Part shown: in pieces, positions 33,793 to 42,983 of the stretch
Layout of the letters: each line of letters opens with the position of its first letter
Numbering within the stretch: the first letter of the stretch is position 1
From: an uncultured Gemmatimonadaceae bacterium
GTDB taxonomy: Bacteria > Gemmatimonadota > Gemmatimonadetes > Gemmatimonadales > Gemmatimonadaceae
DNA length: 64,000 nucleotides
Direction: 5' to 3'
Assembly (NCBI GenBank): GCA_963817955.1
Contig: CAWFQK010000004.1
Span: 1,184,001-1,248,000 of the forward strand
Translations under genes and position numbers: made by a program
The notes under the pieces: generated by a model
Seen by the model: the letters and a program-made list of their open reading frames with translations, nothing else
What the model was told of the DNA's origin: nothing
The model's database searches: none

Positions 33793-36700
33793 ATGTCCCG
33801 TTCGTTGGTTCGGGTCGGCATATCGATGTGTGTGGCACTGGTCGGCGTCGGTTCGGCGTACAACCTCAGTCGCGGCGCCGAGCGCGAGAGCACCGGCGCG
33901 GTGCCGCCGGTGGATACGACGATCTGGAAGTCCTATCGCTGGCGCAGTGTCGGGCCGGACCGGGGTGGCCGGTCGATCGCCGTGAGCGGCGTGAAGGGCG
34001 AACCGAAGGTTGGGTACTTCGGCGCGACCGGCGGCGGATTATGGAAGACGACCGACGGCGGCACCACGTGGCACCCGGTGACCGACGACCAGATCACGAG
34101 CGCCTCGGTGGGCGCGGTGGCGGTGTCGGAATCCGACCCGAACGTCGTGTTCATTGGAACCGGCGAATCGTGCATCCGCGGCAACATCATGCCCGGCGAC
34201 GGAGTGTACAAGTCGGCCGATGCCGGCAAGACCTGGACGAAGGTTGGCTTCCAGAACTCTGATGCGATCTCGCGGATCCGCATTCATCCGACTGATCCGA
34301 ACATCGTGTTCGTGGCCGACTTCGGCAAATACGGGGTGCCGAGCGAAGAACGCGGAGTATTCAAGAGCACCGATGGCGGCAAGACGTGGCGCAAGGTGCT
34401 CTACCGTGGCCCGGAGACGGGTGCAGCGGACATTTCGATCGATCCGCACAACCCGAACGTGATGTACGCCGCGATGTGGGAGGCGTACCGCAAGGAATGG
34501 CAGATGTCGAGCGGCGGCGCGGGGAGCGGGCTGTTCAAGTCCACCGACGGCGGCGAGACCTGGACGGAGATCACGCGCGCCACAGGTCTGCCGAGTGGAA
34601 TCGACGGCAAGATCGGCGTTGCGGTTTCGCCGGCAGACCCCAATCGGGTCTACGCTCTCATCGAGAACGAGAGCGGCGGCCTGTTCCGCTCGGAAGACGC
34701 TGGTGCGACATGGGCGCAGGTGAACAACGAGCGCCGGTTCCGGCAGCGCGCGTTCTACTACACGCATGTCTTCGCCGACCCCAAGAACAAGGATCTCGTC
34801 TACATCGGCAACGTTGGCACTTTCCGCTCGCTGGATGGCGGCAAGACATTCGCGCAGCAACAATTCGCGGGCGGGGATTCGCACGATCTGTGGATTGACC
34901 CCGACAACACCGACCATGTCCTGCACGCCAGCGACGGCGGCGGCGCAGTCACGTATAACGCATCGAGCGACCAACGCACATGGAGTGCGCGCACGTATGC
35001 AACGGGCCAGTTCTACCATGTCGTGGCCACGTCACACGTGCCGTATTACGTCTGCGGCTCACAGCAGGACGCGAGCGAGGTGTGCGTTTCGAGCGCGCAG
35101 GCGGCGAGCTTCGGTCGCGGTGGTGGTGGTCGCGGCAACGCGGCGGCGGCGAGCTTCAGCCCCGGCGGCTCAGAAGACGGCTTCATTGCGCCCGATCCGC
35201 GCGATCCGGACGTGTTCTACTCGGGCACGAACGCGAACGGTGGCGGCTTCCTGACCAAGCTCAACCGCCGCACGGGTGAAGTGCGCGAGGTGAGCCCATA
35301 TCCGCGCATGTTCTCCGGCGAAGAATCGGCCGTGCTCAAGGAGCGCTGGCAGTGGACATATCCAATCGTCTTCTCACCGGTGGACACGCGGGTGCTGTAC
35401 GCCTCGTCGCAGCATTTGTGGAAGACGACGAACGGCGGGCAGAGCTGGGATCGCATCAGTCCTGATCTCACGCGTCACGATCCAAAGACGATGGGTCCGT
35501 CCGGTGGCCCGCTCACCCGCGACATGAACGGTCCCGAGGTGTACGCGGTGATCTTCGCCATCGCGCCATCCAAGCGCACGACAAACGTCATCTGGACGGG
35601 TTCGGACGACGGCATCATCAGCATGACGAAGGACGGCGGCAAGTCGTGGTCGAACGTCACGCCGAAGGGGATGCCCGATTTCGGCCGCGTGTCGATCATC
35701 GATGCCTCGCCATTCGATTCCGCATCGGCATACGTCGCCGTGAAGCGGCCGTTGCTCGACGACCGCGCGCCCTACATCTATCGCACCCATGACTTTGGCA
35801 AGACGTGGACGAAGATCGTCTCCGGCATTCGCGGTGACGACTACGTGCACGCGGTGCGCGCAGACCCCACGCGGAAGGGACTGCTCTACGCCAGTACGCA
35901 ACATGGCGTGTACATCTCGTATGACGATGGCGATCACTGGGAATCGCTGTCGCGCAACCTGCCGGACATTCCGGTGGCCGACCTGATCGTCACCGATCAC
36001 GATCTGGTGATCGCGACGCATGGCCGCGGATTCTATATCCTGGACAACATTGGACCGCTGCGTCAGTACACGCCGGCGATGGCGTCGGCGAGCGACGTCG
36101 TGCTGTTCAAGCCCTCGACGGCCATTCGCGCTGGTTCGCCGGCAACGATCCAATACTGGCTCAAGAAACCCGCGCAGACCGTTCGCATCGAGATCGTCGA
36201 CGCAAAGGGCCAGGTGGTCCGCACGTATCCCGACACAACGAACTCCGGTGGACGCGGTGGTCGCGGCGCGCCGGCCGACGAAGCTCCGGCGGGTGGCGGC
36301 CGTGGACGTGGCGGTCCGCCAGCGCCAACGAAGACTGTGGGCCTGAACGCGTTCACGTGGGACTTGCGCTACGCGCCGGCGGTGACCTTCCCGGGGATGA
36401 TTCTGTGGGGCGGCAATACCAATGGCCCACAGGCTGCGCCCGGCACCTACACCGTGCGCCTCACCGCCGATACCAAAACGGTGACACAGCCGATCGTCGT
36501 GAGCCGCAACCCGCTGCACGAAGCAACCGACGCCGATCTCCAGGCGCAGCTCACGCTGGCCTTGCAGCTTCGCGACAAGGTGAGCGAAGCGAACGGCGCC
36601 GTCGTACAGATGCGCAGTGTGAAGCAGCAGGTCATCGACCGGTTGGCGAAGTCGCAGGACGGACAGCTCAAGTCGGCCGGCGATCGTCTCACGACCAACC

Positions 36701-36993
36701 TTGGCGCGGTGGAGGAGGAGATCTACCAGGTGAAGAACCAGAGCGGCCAGGACCCGCTCAACTTCCCGATCAAGGTCAATAACCGCCTCGCCTCGCTTCT
36801 CGGCGTGGTTTCCAACCCGGATGCGCGCCCGATCGCGAGCGCGTATCCCATCTTCACCGACCTCAAAGCCGAGCTGAAGGTGCAGACCGACCGCATGCAG
36901 AAAGTGCTGGCGACGGACCTGCCGTTGTTCAATGCCGAAGCCAAGCGCGTAGGGCTCGAGCCAATCATCTTGGCAAAGCCCGTGGTGTTTTGA
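33793..36993 (+). CDS. VPS10/sortilin-like BNR repeat protein (paralog 3)
   Basis: WRSVGPDRGGRS, Asp-boxes, RQRAFYY, ATHGRGF, coiled-coil tail with QDPLNFP. AGGAGA RBS. Confidence 0.9.
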   Translation: MSRSLVRVGISMCVALVGVGSAYNLSRGAERESTGAVPPVDTTIWKSYRWRSVGPDRGGRSIAVSGVKGEPKVGYFGATGGGLWKTTDGGTTWHPVTDDQITSASVGAVAVSESDPNVVFIGTGESCIRGNIMPGDGVYKSADAGKTWTKVGFQNSDAISRIRIHPTDPNIVFVADFGKYGVPSEERGVFKSTDGGKTWRKVLYRGPETGAADISIDPHNPNVMYAAMWEAYRKEWQMSSGGAGSGLFKSTDGGETWTEITRATGLPSGIDGKIGVAVSPADPNRVYALIENESGGLFRSEDAGATWAQVNNERRFRQRAFYYTHVFADPKNKDLVYIGNVGTFRSLDGGKTFAQQQFAGGDSHDLWIDPDNTDHVLHASDGGGAVTYNASSDQRTWSARTYATGQFYHVVATSHVPYYVCGSQQDASEVCVSSAQAASFGRGGGGRGNAAAASFSPGGSEDGFIAPDPRDPDVFYSGTNANGGGFLTKLNRRTGEVREVSPYPRMFSGEESAVLKERWQWTYPIVFSPVDTRVLYASSQHLWKTTNGGQSWDRISPDLTRHDPKTMGPSGGPLTRDMNGPEVYAVIFAIAPSKRTTNVIWTGSDDGIISMTKDGGKSWSNVTPKGMPDFGRVSIIDASPFDSASAYVAVKRPLLDDRAPYIYRTHDFGKTWTKIVSGIRGDDYVHAVRADPTRKGLLYASTQHGVYISYDDGDHWESLSRNLPDIPVADLIVTDHDLVIATHGRGFYILDNIGPLRQYTPAMASASDVVLFKPSTAIRAGSPATIQYWLKKPAQTVRIEIVDAKGQVVRTYPDTTNSGGRGGRGAPADEAPAGGGRGRGGPPAPTKTVGLNAFTWDLRYAPAVTFPGMILWGGNTNGPQAAPGTYTVRLTADTKTVTQPIVVSRNPLHEATDADLQAQLTLALQLRDKVSEANGAVVQMRSVKQQVIDRLAKSQDGQLKSAGDRLTTNLGAVEEEIYQVKNQSGQDPLNFPIKVNNRLASLLGVVSNPDARPIASAYPIFTDLKAELKVQTDRMQKVLATDLPLFNAEAKRVGLEPIILAKPVVF

Positions 36994-37021
36994 GATAAGC
37001 GCCACGCGGCAGAGCGAGTCA

Positions 37022-37055
37022 CAAAAGGGCCCGGGGATAACCCCGGGCCCTTTTG
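37022..37055. terminator. Bidirectional intrinsic terminator
   Basis: CAAAAGGGCCCGGGG-ATAA-CCCCGGGCCCTTTTG between convergent genes. Confidence 0.88.
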
Positions 37056-37084
37056 ACGATCTTCCCGTGTCCCGTGTCCCGTGT

Positions 37085-38224
37085 CTATCTGAACAGGTGC
37101 GGCACGAATCGCGAAGTGTTGCCGGTCACCCAGCCGTCCCCTTCGCGCACACCCATGCCCGCCGCTTCCTGGCCGATGACCCAACTACCGAGCACCGGGC
37201 GTTTGCCGTCGAATTCCGGAATCGGTGCCAACTGCTGAAAGACGTAGCCCTCCGCGCCGTACTCGCCGGTCGACGCCAGATGCTCCTTCATCGTGTGAAC
37301 GGTGACGTTTGCGCCTTCACGCGACAGGAGCGGTTTCTTGACGTACTCGAACATTCCGTTCGGTTCGTTGAGATACGCCGGCAACAGGTTGGGATGCCCA
37401 GGGAACAGGTCCCACAAGATCGCCAGAATCCCTTTGTTGGAGAGAATCATCTTCCACGCCGGCTCGATGAACTGCGCACCGGACGCTTCAATGAATTCGG
37501 CAAAGGGCTCGTTGATCACCCATTCCCACGGATAGAGTTTGAAGAGCGAGTCGATGCGGAGGCTCGACAAGTCGACCAGCTCGCGCGCGCCTGGATCCCA
37601 GCCGATGTCTGAAACGGCGAGGAGTTGCGCACGCAAGCCTGCTTGCACGGCCGTTTCCGCCAGGTACGCAGTCGTGATGCCATCTTCGATGTCGTCCATC
37701 GACGCAAAATGGACGAGCGGCCCAAGCGGCCCCGCGCGCCGAAGGTACGGTGCGACCGAGCGCCACTGCTCCACCAGCCGTTCGTGAATTGAATTGAACT
37801 GATCGGCGCCAGGCTGCGTCGCCTCGAGCCAGTCCCACTGGATGACTGATGCTTCGAGGAGCGACGTGGGCGTGTCGGCGTTGTATTCGAGCATCACGGG
37901 CGGAGACTTCCCGTCGAAGGCCAGATCGAAGCGGCCATACATGGACGGCGGCTCGGCCGACCAGGCGCGCTCGATGAGCGGAACGGCGCGCGACGGAATC
38001 TTCAGCTCGTCATAGCGCCGCTCATCGATAACGTGCTGCACGGCCTCCAGGCAGCGCTCGTGCAGCTCGTTCGTCGCGCGCTCGATGGCGTCGATCTCGT
38101 CACTCGTGAAGCGATAGTATGCGTCCTCGCTCCAATACGCGGTCTCACCGGTATGCCACTTCAGCCCTCGGGCCTCGACTGCCAATTGCCAGTCGGCGCG
38201 CGGTGTCGTGATGATGCGTTCCAT
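37085..38224 (-). CDS. Glutathionylspermidine synthase family ATP-grasp protein (YgiC/YjfC-like)
   Basis: YGRFD, LEYNADTPTSL.E, FKLYPWEW, EPAWK..LSNKG.L..LW..FP.HPNLLP, KKP..SREG, SRFVPH. Confidence 0.92.
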   Translation of the reverse strand: MERIITTPRADWQLAVEARGLKWHTGETAYWSEDAYYRFTSDEIDAIERATNELHERCLEAVQHVIDERRYDELKIPSRAVPLIERAWSAEPPSMYGRFDLAFDGKSPPVMLEYNADTPTSLLEASVIQWDWLEATQPGADQFNSIHERLVEQWRSVAPYLRRAGPLGPLVHFASMDDIEDGITTAYLAETAVQAGLRAQLLAVSDIGWDPGARELVDLSSLRIDSLFKLYPWEWVINEPFAEFIEASGAQFIEPAWKMILSNKGILAILWDLFPGHPNLLPAYLNEPNGMFEYVKKPLLSREGANVTVHTMKEHLASTGEYGAEGYVFQQLAPIPEFDGKRPVLGSWVIGQEAAGMGVREGDGWVTGNTSRFVPHLFR

Positions 38225-38242
38225 GTCTGTGCGGGTTCGAGG

Positions 38243-38626
38243 TCAGCTACCGGACGCGCCGTGACCTTCACCGATGCCGCCGAATCCGCCGCGGACCACG
38301 CCGGCACGCGCCGGCGCAGCGGCCGATGGCGCGTACACCGTGGGCGCCATCGAACGCACCGTTCCTCCCGAGGCGCGATAGCGATTGAACTGGCTCAGGT
38401 AGTAGATGCCGGCGAATGGATAGCTGTGCGGATACCATGCACCGCCGTACCAGTAGCCGCGATGCACGACCGCGGAGTCACAGGCGGCCTGTACATACCA
38501 TCCAGGATCGCATGGATCGTACGAATTGTGCCCGCCGCCGCACGCGACCAGCGCGGCGAAGGCAGGCAGGATGGTGAGTGGCACGCGGCGCGAACGGCGG
38601 CGCTGCTTGTCGGAAGAGGGATGCAT
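38243..38626 (-). CDS. YgiB/DUF1190-like lipoprotein partner of the GSP-synthase-like gene
   Basis: Basic N-terminus, lipobox LVAC, Cys pair and C-terminal VVRGGFG. Lies immediately upstream of the ygiC-like gene. Confidence 0.7.
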   Translation of the reverse strand: MHPSSDKQRRRSRRVPLTILPAFAALVACGGGHNSYDPCDPGWYVQAACDSAVVHRGYWYGGAWYPHSYPFAGIYYLSQFNRYRASGGTVRSMAPTVYAPSAAAPARAGVVRGGFGGIGEGHGASGS

Positions 38627-38934
38627 GTGAGCAGGACGCACGGCGTCCCCAATAGGTCATGGACGAGCCGGCGGCCAGGCACTCGGCGCCGACGTTGATC
38701 ACTACGTGCCTCGAGCTCTGGAAGTTTTGGCGGGGTAAGCTACCTGCCTGACGCGCCACAGGTCACGGTACTGTGCAGGCCGCCCACCATACTTCTATGA
38801 TGACGGCCGGCGCGACTCAGAGGGTTCACATAATCCGAACATCTCCTGATCTCCAACCTTGAATCTTTGGTTCTCGAAGTCGCGTATGGCCTGTCAGAGG
38901 CACACGCCACCCCACGATCTCAGGAGACACCACC

Positions 38935-39336
38935 ATGACACTCGCCACGACGATTCTCGCACTCACGCTCATCGGGCCCACCGCGCCAACGAGCATCAAC
39001 CATACGGCCGCCCGCGCGCCGGCACCACCATGCATTGCACCCGCGCACACCGGTGCCTTCCGTGTCACTACGAGTCGTACTGATGGTACCGATCCACGCC
39101 CGGCGATGCTCGTGCTCGAAAACATCAACGGCTGTCTCGAGGTAAACTTCGTCACCGACGAGACGAGCCCGGCAATCATGGATCAGCTGGCGCTCGACGG
39201 CGACATGTTGAAGGGAGCGATCAATCTGCAGCAGGGCGTGGCCACGGTCTCGCTGCAATTCAACGGCAATAACGTTGCTGGCTCGATCGTCACAGGGCAT
39301 CAGACGTGGCGTCTGGACGGACGCCGCACGACGTGA
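38935..39336 (+). CDS. Hypothetical secreted protein
   Basis: AGGAGA RBS, signal-peptide-like start, beta-rich body with two Cys. Confidence 0.65.
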   Translation: MTLATTILALTLIGPTAPTSINHTAARAPAPPCIAPAHTGAFRVTTSRTDGTDPRPAMLVLENINGCLEVNFVTDETSPAIMDQLALDGDMLKGAINLQQGVATVSLQFNGNNVAGSIVTGHQTWRLDGRRTT

Positions 39337-39380
39337 CACATGTAGGATGTCAGGCGCCAGGCATGGAATTCCTGGCGCCA

Positions 39381-41246
39381 TCACGTAGCAGGGTGCATCA
39401 CCATCGTGTCGGGACGCGCCAGCGTATCGCGTTTTCTCGTTGTGTCGCGCTTCGCAGTCGTATCGCGCTTCACCGCGGTGTCCCGCTTCACTGCTGTGTC
39501 GCGACGCGTTGAGCTGTCGGCACGCGGCACTGAGGTCTCCGGTCTCACGACCGTATCGGGCCGTGGCCGCGCGGCCGCGACGGGTTTCACTCCTCGCTGA
39601 CGATCCGCGCGCCGCGTGGTGGACGGCGGCGGCGTTCGCGGTGTGTTTCCTCGAGTCGGCCCGGCGAACGGATTGGCAATCGCGGCGGCAGCCGTGCTGT
39701 CCGCGGTGCTCGAGCTCTGCCCCGCCGTGGGCATGGAGACGCCGGACGGCGCGAACGGCGGACCGGCACGCGGTGCGAGCGTGCCGCCAGCGGATTGGGT
39801 GAGGAATCCGCCGCGTGGAACAATACCCTGCTCCGCCCCCGGCGCGGTTGGCACAATCGTGGATTTCCCGATCGTGACGACCATCTGATCATTTCGCGCG
39901 GCGCGATGATGTATCACGATCGCCAGCACGATCACGGCAAGGACGAATGCGAGTATACTGATGGGAATGACCCACCCAGGGCGCGACGGGCGAGGCGTCT
40001 GCTGCCGCGCGATCAACTTGTCGAGCGTTGCGAATGCGGCAGGCGACTGCAGGCGTTCGTCCCAGACCACCGGTGCGAACACCCGTGGATCCGGTCGCTC
40101 CTCGAAGAGCGATTCGTCGACCGCCTCGCTCAGCCTCGGCGCCCTTGGCAGCGCCGCTTTCGCCAAACGTCGCTGCTCGGCGATCCGATACGCTTCGAAG
40201 TCCTTCCGGTACGCGTCGAACTTCGCGAGCCGCTGCTCGAGCAGCGCGACTTGGGCCTCGAGCCCGGCGCGGACCGCCGCCATATTCGCTTGCCGTTCGC
40301 CCATGACGCGATCGAAATCGGCGCGTTGTTCCGCGAATTCCATCTCCCGCTCCTGCCGCTGGCGTTCGAACGCGACGCGCTCGTCATCGAGCATCGCCAC
40401 GTGCTTGGCGGCGAGCCGCTCCGCTTTCAGACGCTCATTCTCGCACTGGGCCAGTTCGCGTCGATGCCGCTCGGAATACTCCTCTTGCATCGCCGCCATC
40501 TGAACCTCGGCCTGCTTCAGCACGTCGCCGGACGCGATCATGCTGAGAAACGCCTGAACGTCCGGTGCGTTGCCGTGCTCGTCATAGCGCACCATCTTCT
40601 CGATCGCGTCCACGACGCGCTGCGCGAGGTTTGGGCAGAGCGTGGCAAGCGATACGGAATCGCTCGCTCGATACGGGGCGCCGCTGAGCATGGTCCAGGC
40701 GAGCGCACCTATCGTTCGTGCATCTCCTCGTTCATCAGGGAGTCGATCGAGCGGGAGCGGCGTCACCTCAAAGGAGACGACGACGCGATTCGTCCCCTCC
40801 TCGAACGCGAGCGTGTCCGGCGTGATGCCTCGATGCACCACGCCCTGCGCCCGCGCCCAAGCCAGGATGTTGCTGACCTCGAGGAGCACGGATGCGATCC
40901 GCGGGTTGGCGAACCTCTCATGGCGAGCGAGGAGTTCGGTCAGCGTGGTGCTGCGGACGCGTTCGGTAATCGTGGCGAACGCATCCTTTCCGATCCAGCG
41001 GCCTTCGATTACCTGCCGCACGGCGGCGTGGTGCGCGTTCGCGAGCAGCTGGGCGTCGGCAGCGTAGAGGGGCAACGCGTTGTTGCCACCGGCGGTCGAC
41101 GCATCGACTACCGTCACAAGGACGTCGTCGCCAGTATCGAGGCGCCGAGCGAAGTACCGGCGGGGGCCGCCGCCGCGGAGCTCTCCTAGTAATTCGTACT
41201 TATCGTCGAGCGCCTCGAGGGAAGGCGCATCCTGGACCTGGGGCAT
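39381..41246 (-). CDS. Membrane pseudokinase (paralog) with coiled coil, TM and low-complexity tail
   Basis: YELLGEL, VIEGRW, GVVHRGITPD, IGALAWTMLSG. Long E/R/Q coiled coil, TM WVIPISILAFVLAVIVLAIVI, and 6-aa RDTxxK repeats. Confidence 0.75.
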   Translation of the reverse strand: MPQVQDAPSLEALDDKYELLGELRGGGPRRYFARRLDTGDDVLVTVVDASTAGGNNALPLYAADAQLLANAHHAAVRQVIEGRWIGKDAFATITERVRSTTLTELLARHERFANPRIASVLLEVSNILAWARAQGVVHRGITPDTLAFEEGTNRVVVSFEVTPLPLDRLPDERGDARTIGALAWTMLSGAPYRASDSVSLATLCPNLAQRVVDAIEKMVRYDEHGNAPDVQAFLSMIASGDVLKQAEVQMAAMQEEYSERHRRELAQCENERLKAERLAAKHVAMLDDERVAFERQRQEREMEFAEQRADFDRVMGERQANMAAVRAGLEAQVALLEQRLAKFDAYRKDFEAYRIAEQRRLAKAALPRAPRLSEAVDESLFEERPDPRVFAPVVWDERLQSPAAFATLDKLIARQQTPRPSRPGWVIPISILAFVLAVIVLAIVIHHRAARNDQMVVTIGKSTIVPTAPGAEQGIVPRGGFLTQSAGGTLAPRAGPPFAPSGVSMPTAGQSSSTADSTAAAAIANPFAGPTRGNTPRTPPPSTTRRADRQRGVKPVAAARPRPDTVVRPETSVPRADSSTRRDTAVKRDTAVKRDTTAKRDTTRKRDTLARPDTMVMHPAT

Positions 41247-41345
41247 GGTTGCAGCTCAGTTCACGACACGGGCTCTGGGCTATTCGCCACCAAGAGTGCG
41301 TGATCTGTGCCGCGCCGGATCCGAGGTGAGATCGCACCACGTCCA

Positions 41346-41711
41346 TCAGTCCTCAGTGGAACGCCGAAGCCGCGGTGCTACGCGTACCGCCGTGCCGTAG
41401 CACAGCACTTCGGAGACCCCGGCCATGATCTCCGTCGCATCGTACCGGACGGCGATGAGCGCGTTGCCGCCCAGCGCCCTGGCGTGCTCGACGGCGTTCT
41501 CGAATGCCTCGGCGCGGGTACGCTCGCAGAGATCCGCGAGCAGCGAGATGTTGCCGCCAGCCAACATTTGAAGTTTCGCGCCAAAGGTGCCAAACACCGA
41601 TCGCGAGCGCACGATGATACCGCGCACGATGCCAAAATTTTGCGTGACGTCGTAACCGTCCAGCGCGTTGCTGGTCGTGGTCAGAAAATCCGCCGTCGGG
41701 AATCTGGTCAT
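41346..41711 (-). CDS. YbjQ/UPF0145 family protein
   Basis: TTSN.L.GY, GIVRG..VRSR, A...G.NA.IAVRYD, EVLCYGTAV. Confidence 0.9.
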   Translation of the reverse strand: MTRFPTADFLTTTSNALDGYDVTQNFGIVRGIIVRSRSVFGTFGAKLQMLAGGNISLLADLCERTRAEAFENAVEHARALGGNALIAVRYDATEIMAGVSEVLCYGTAVRVAPRLRRSTED

Positions 41712-41740
41712 GGAAGTCGTCCGTGAGTGGTGAGCCAACG

Positions 41741-42712
41741 TCATGCCAGGCCGAGATCCGCGTCGCTCGGATCAGGCAGGTCGGCATACACAGGATTGGA
41801 GAGATACCGCTCGCCGAAGTCGCAGACAATGGAGACAATGAGCTTTCCCTCGTTCTCCGGGCGCCGTGCAACTTGCACGGCCGCCCAGGTGTTCGAGCCC
41901 GACGAGATGCCGGCGAAGATCCCCTCTTCGCGCGCCAGGCGACGTGCCATGGTTATGGCGTCGTCGTTCATCACACGAATCACTTCGTCGTAGATCGACG
42001 TGTCGAGAACGGACGGGACGAAGCCCGCGCCGAGTCCTTGCTGCTTGTGCGGCGCGGGCTCACCGCCCGAGAGCACTGGGCTCTCTGCCGGTTCCACTGT
42101 AACAATCTGAATGTCCGGATTCTTTTCGCGCAGAAATCGGCCGGCGCCCGTGACGGTACCGCCGGTGCCAACCCCAGCGACAAAGATGTCGACGGTGCCG
42201 TCCGTGTCCGCCCAGATTTCCGGCCCGGTGGTGCGGTAGTGAATGCCCGGATTCGCGGGATTGTCGAACTGGCGCGGAATCCACGCGCGATCGCCAAGCG
42301 ACCCGGCGATCTCCTCCGCTTTCGCGATGGCGCCCTTCATTCCCTTTGGCCCTTCAGTGAGCACAACTCGGCAACCCATGGACTTGAGCAGGTTGCGGCG
42401 CTCGACCGTCATCGTTTCAGGCATCGTGAAGATGCAGCGAAACCCGCGAGCGACTGCGGCAAAGGCGAGACCGATGCCTGTATTCCCGCTGGTTGGCTCG
42501 ACGATCACCCTACCGGGTCGCAGCACGCCGCGCGCGATGGCGTCGTCTATCATGGCAACCCCAATACGGTCTTTCACCGAGTTGAATGGATTGAACCCTT
42601 CGTGTTTCACCACGATCCGCGCCGGTAGGCCCGCCGCGATAGTGTTCAACTGAATGAGCGGCGTTGCGCCGATCGTTTCGGTGATGTCGCGAAAGATTCC
42701 CTGGCGCCGCAT
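41741..42712 (-). CDS. cysK: Cysteine synthase A
   Basis: NP..SVKDRI (PLP Lys), [47 protein letters not shown]. Confidence 0.95.
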   Translation of the reverse strand: MRRQGIFRDITETIGATPLIQLNTIAAGLPARIVVKHEGFNPFNSVKDRIGVAMIDDAIARGVLRPGRVIVEPTSGNTGIGLAFAAVARGFRCIFTMPETMTVERRNLLKSMGCRVVLTEGPKGMKGAIAKAEEIAGSLGDRAWIPRQFDNPANPGIHYRTTGPEIWADTDGTVDIFVAGVGTGGTVTGAGRFLREKNPDIQIVTVEPAESPVLSGGEPAPHKQQGLGAGFVPSVLDTSIYDEVIRVMNDDAITMARRLAREEGIFAGISSGSNTWAAVQVARRPENEGKLIVSIVCDFGERYLSNPVYADLPDPSDADLGLA

Positions 42713-42983
42713 GACGCGTCCCTCCGGTTGACATTGAGTTCAGGCTCCGGTACGTACCCGCGAATCGGCATGATGCCCTGCAAGGCCCTGGCCGCCGCCT
42801 CGCTCGACCGCGCCGACAGTAACGGAACGAGCTCCACCGTATTCCAACTCGTCCCATTCCAACCCATTCTCGGTTCACGGCGTCTAAGCGAGGAGCGTGT
42901 ACGGGCAATCGGCCCCGGAGTGTAACCTTTGCGTGGCGACGTCCGTAGATCCTCGGGCGCACTCACCCCCTGATGGACGAGCA

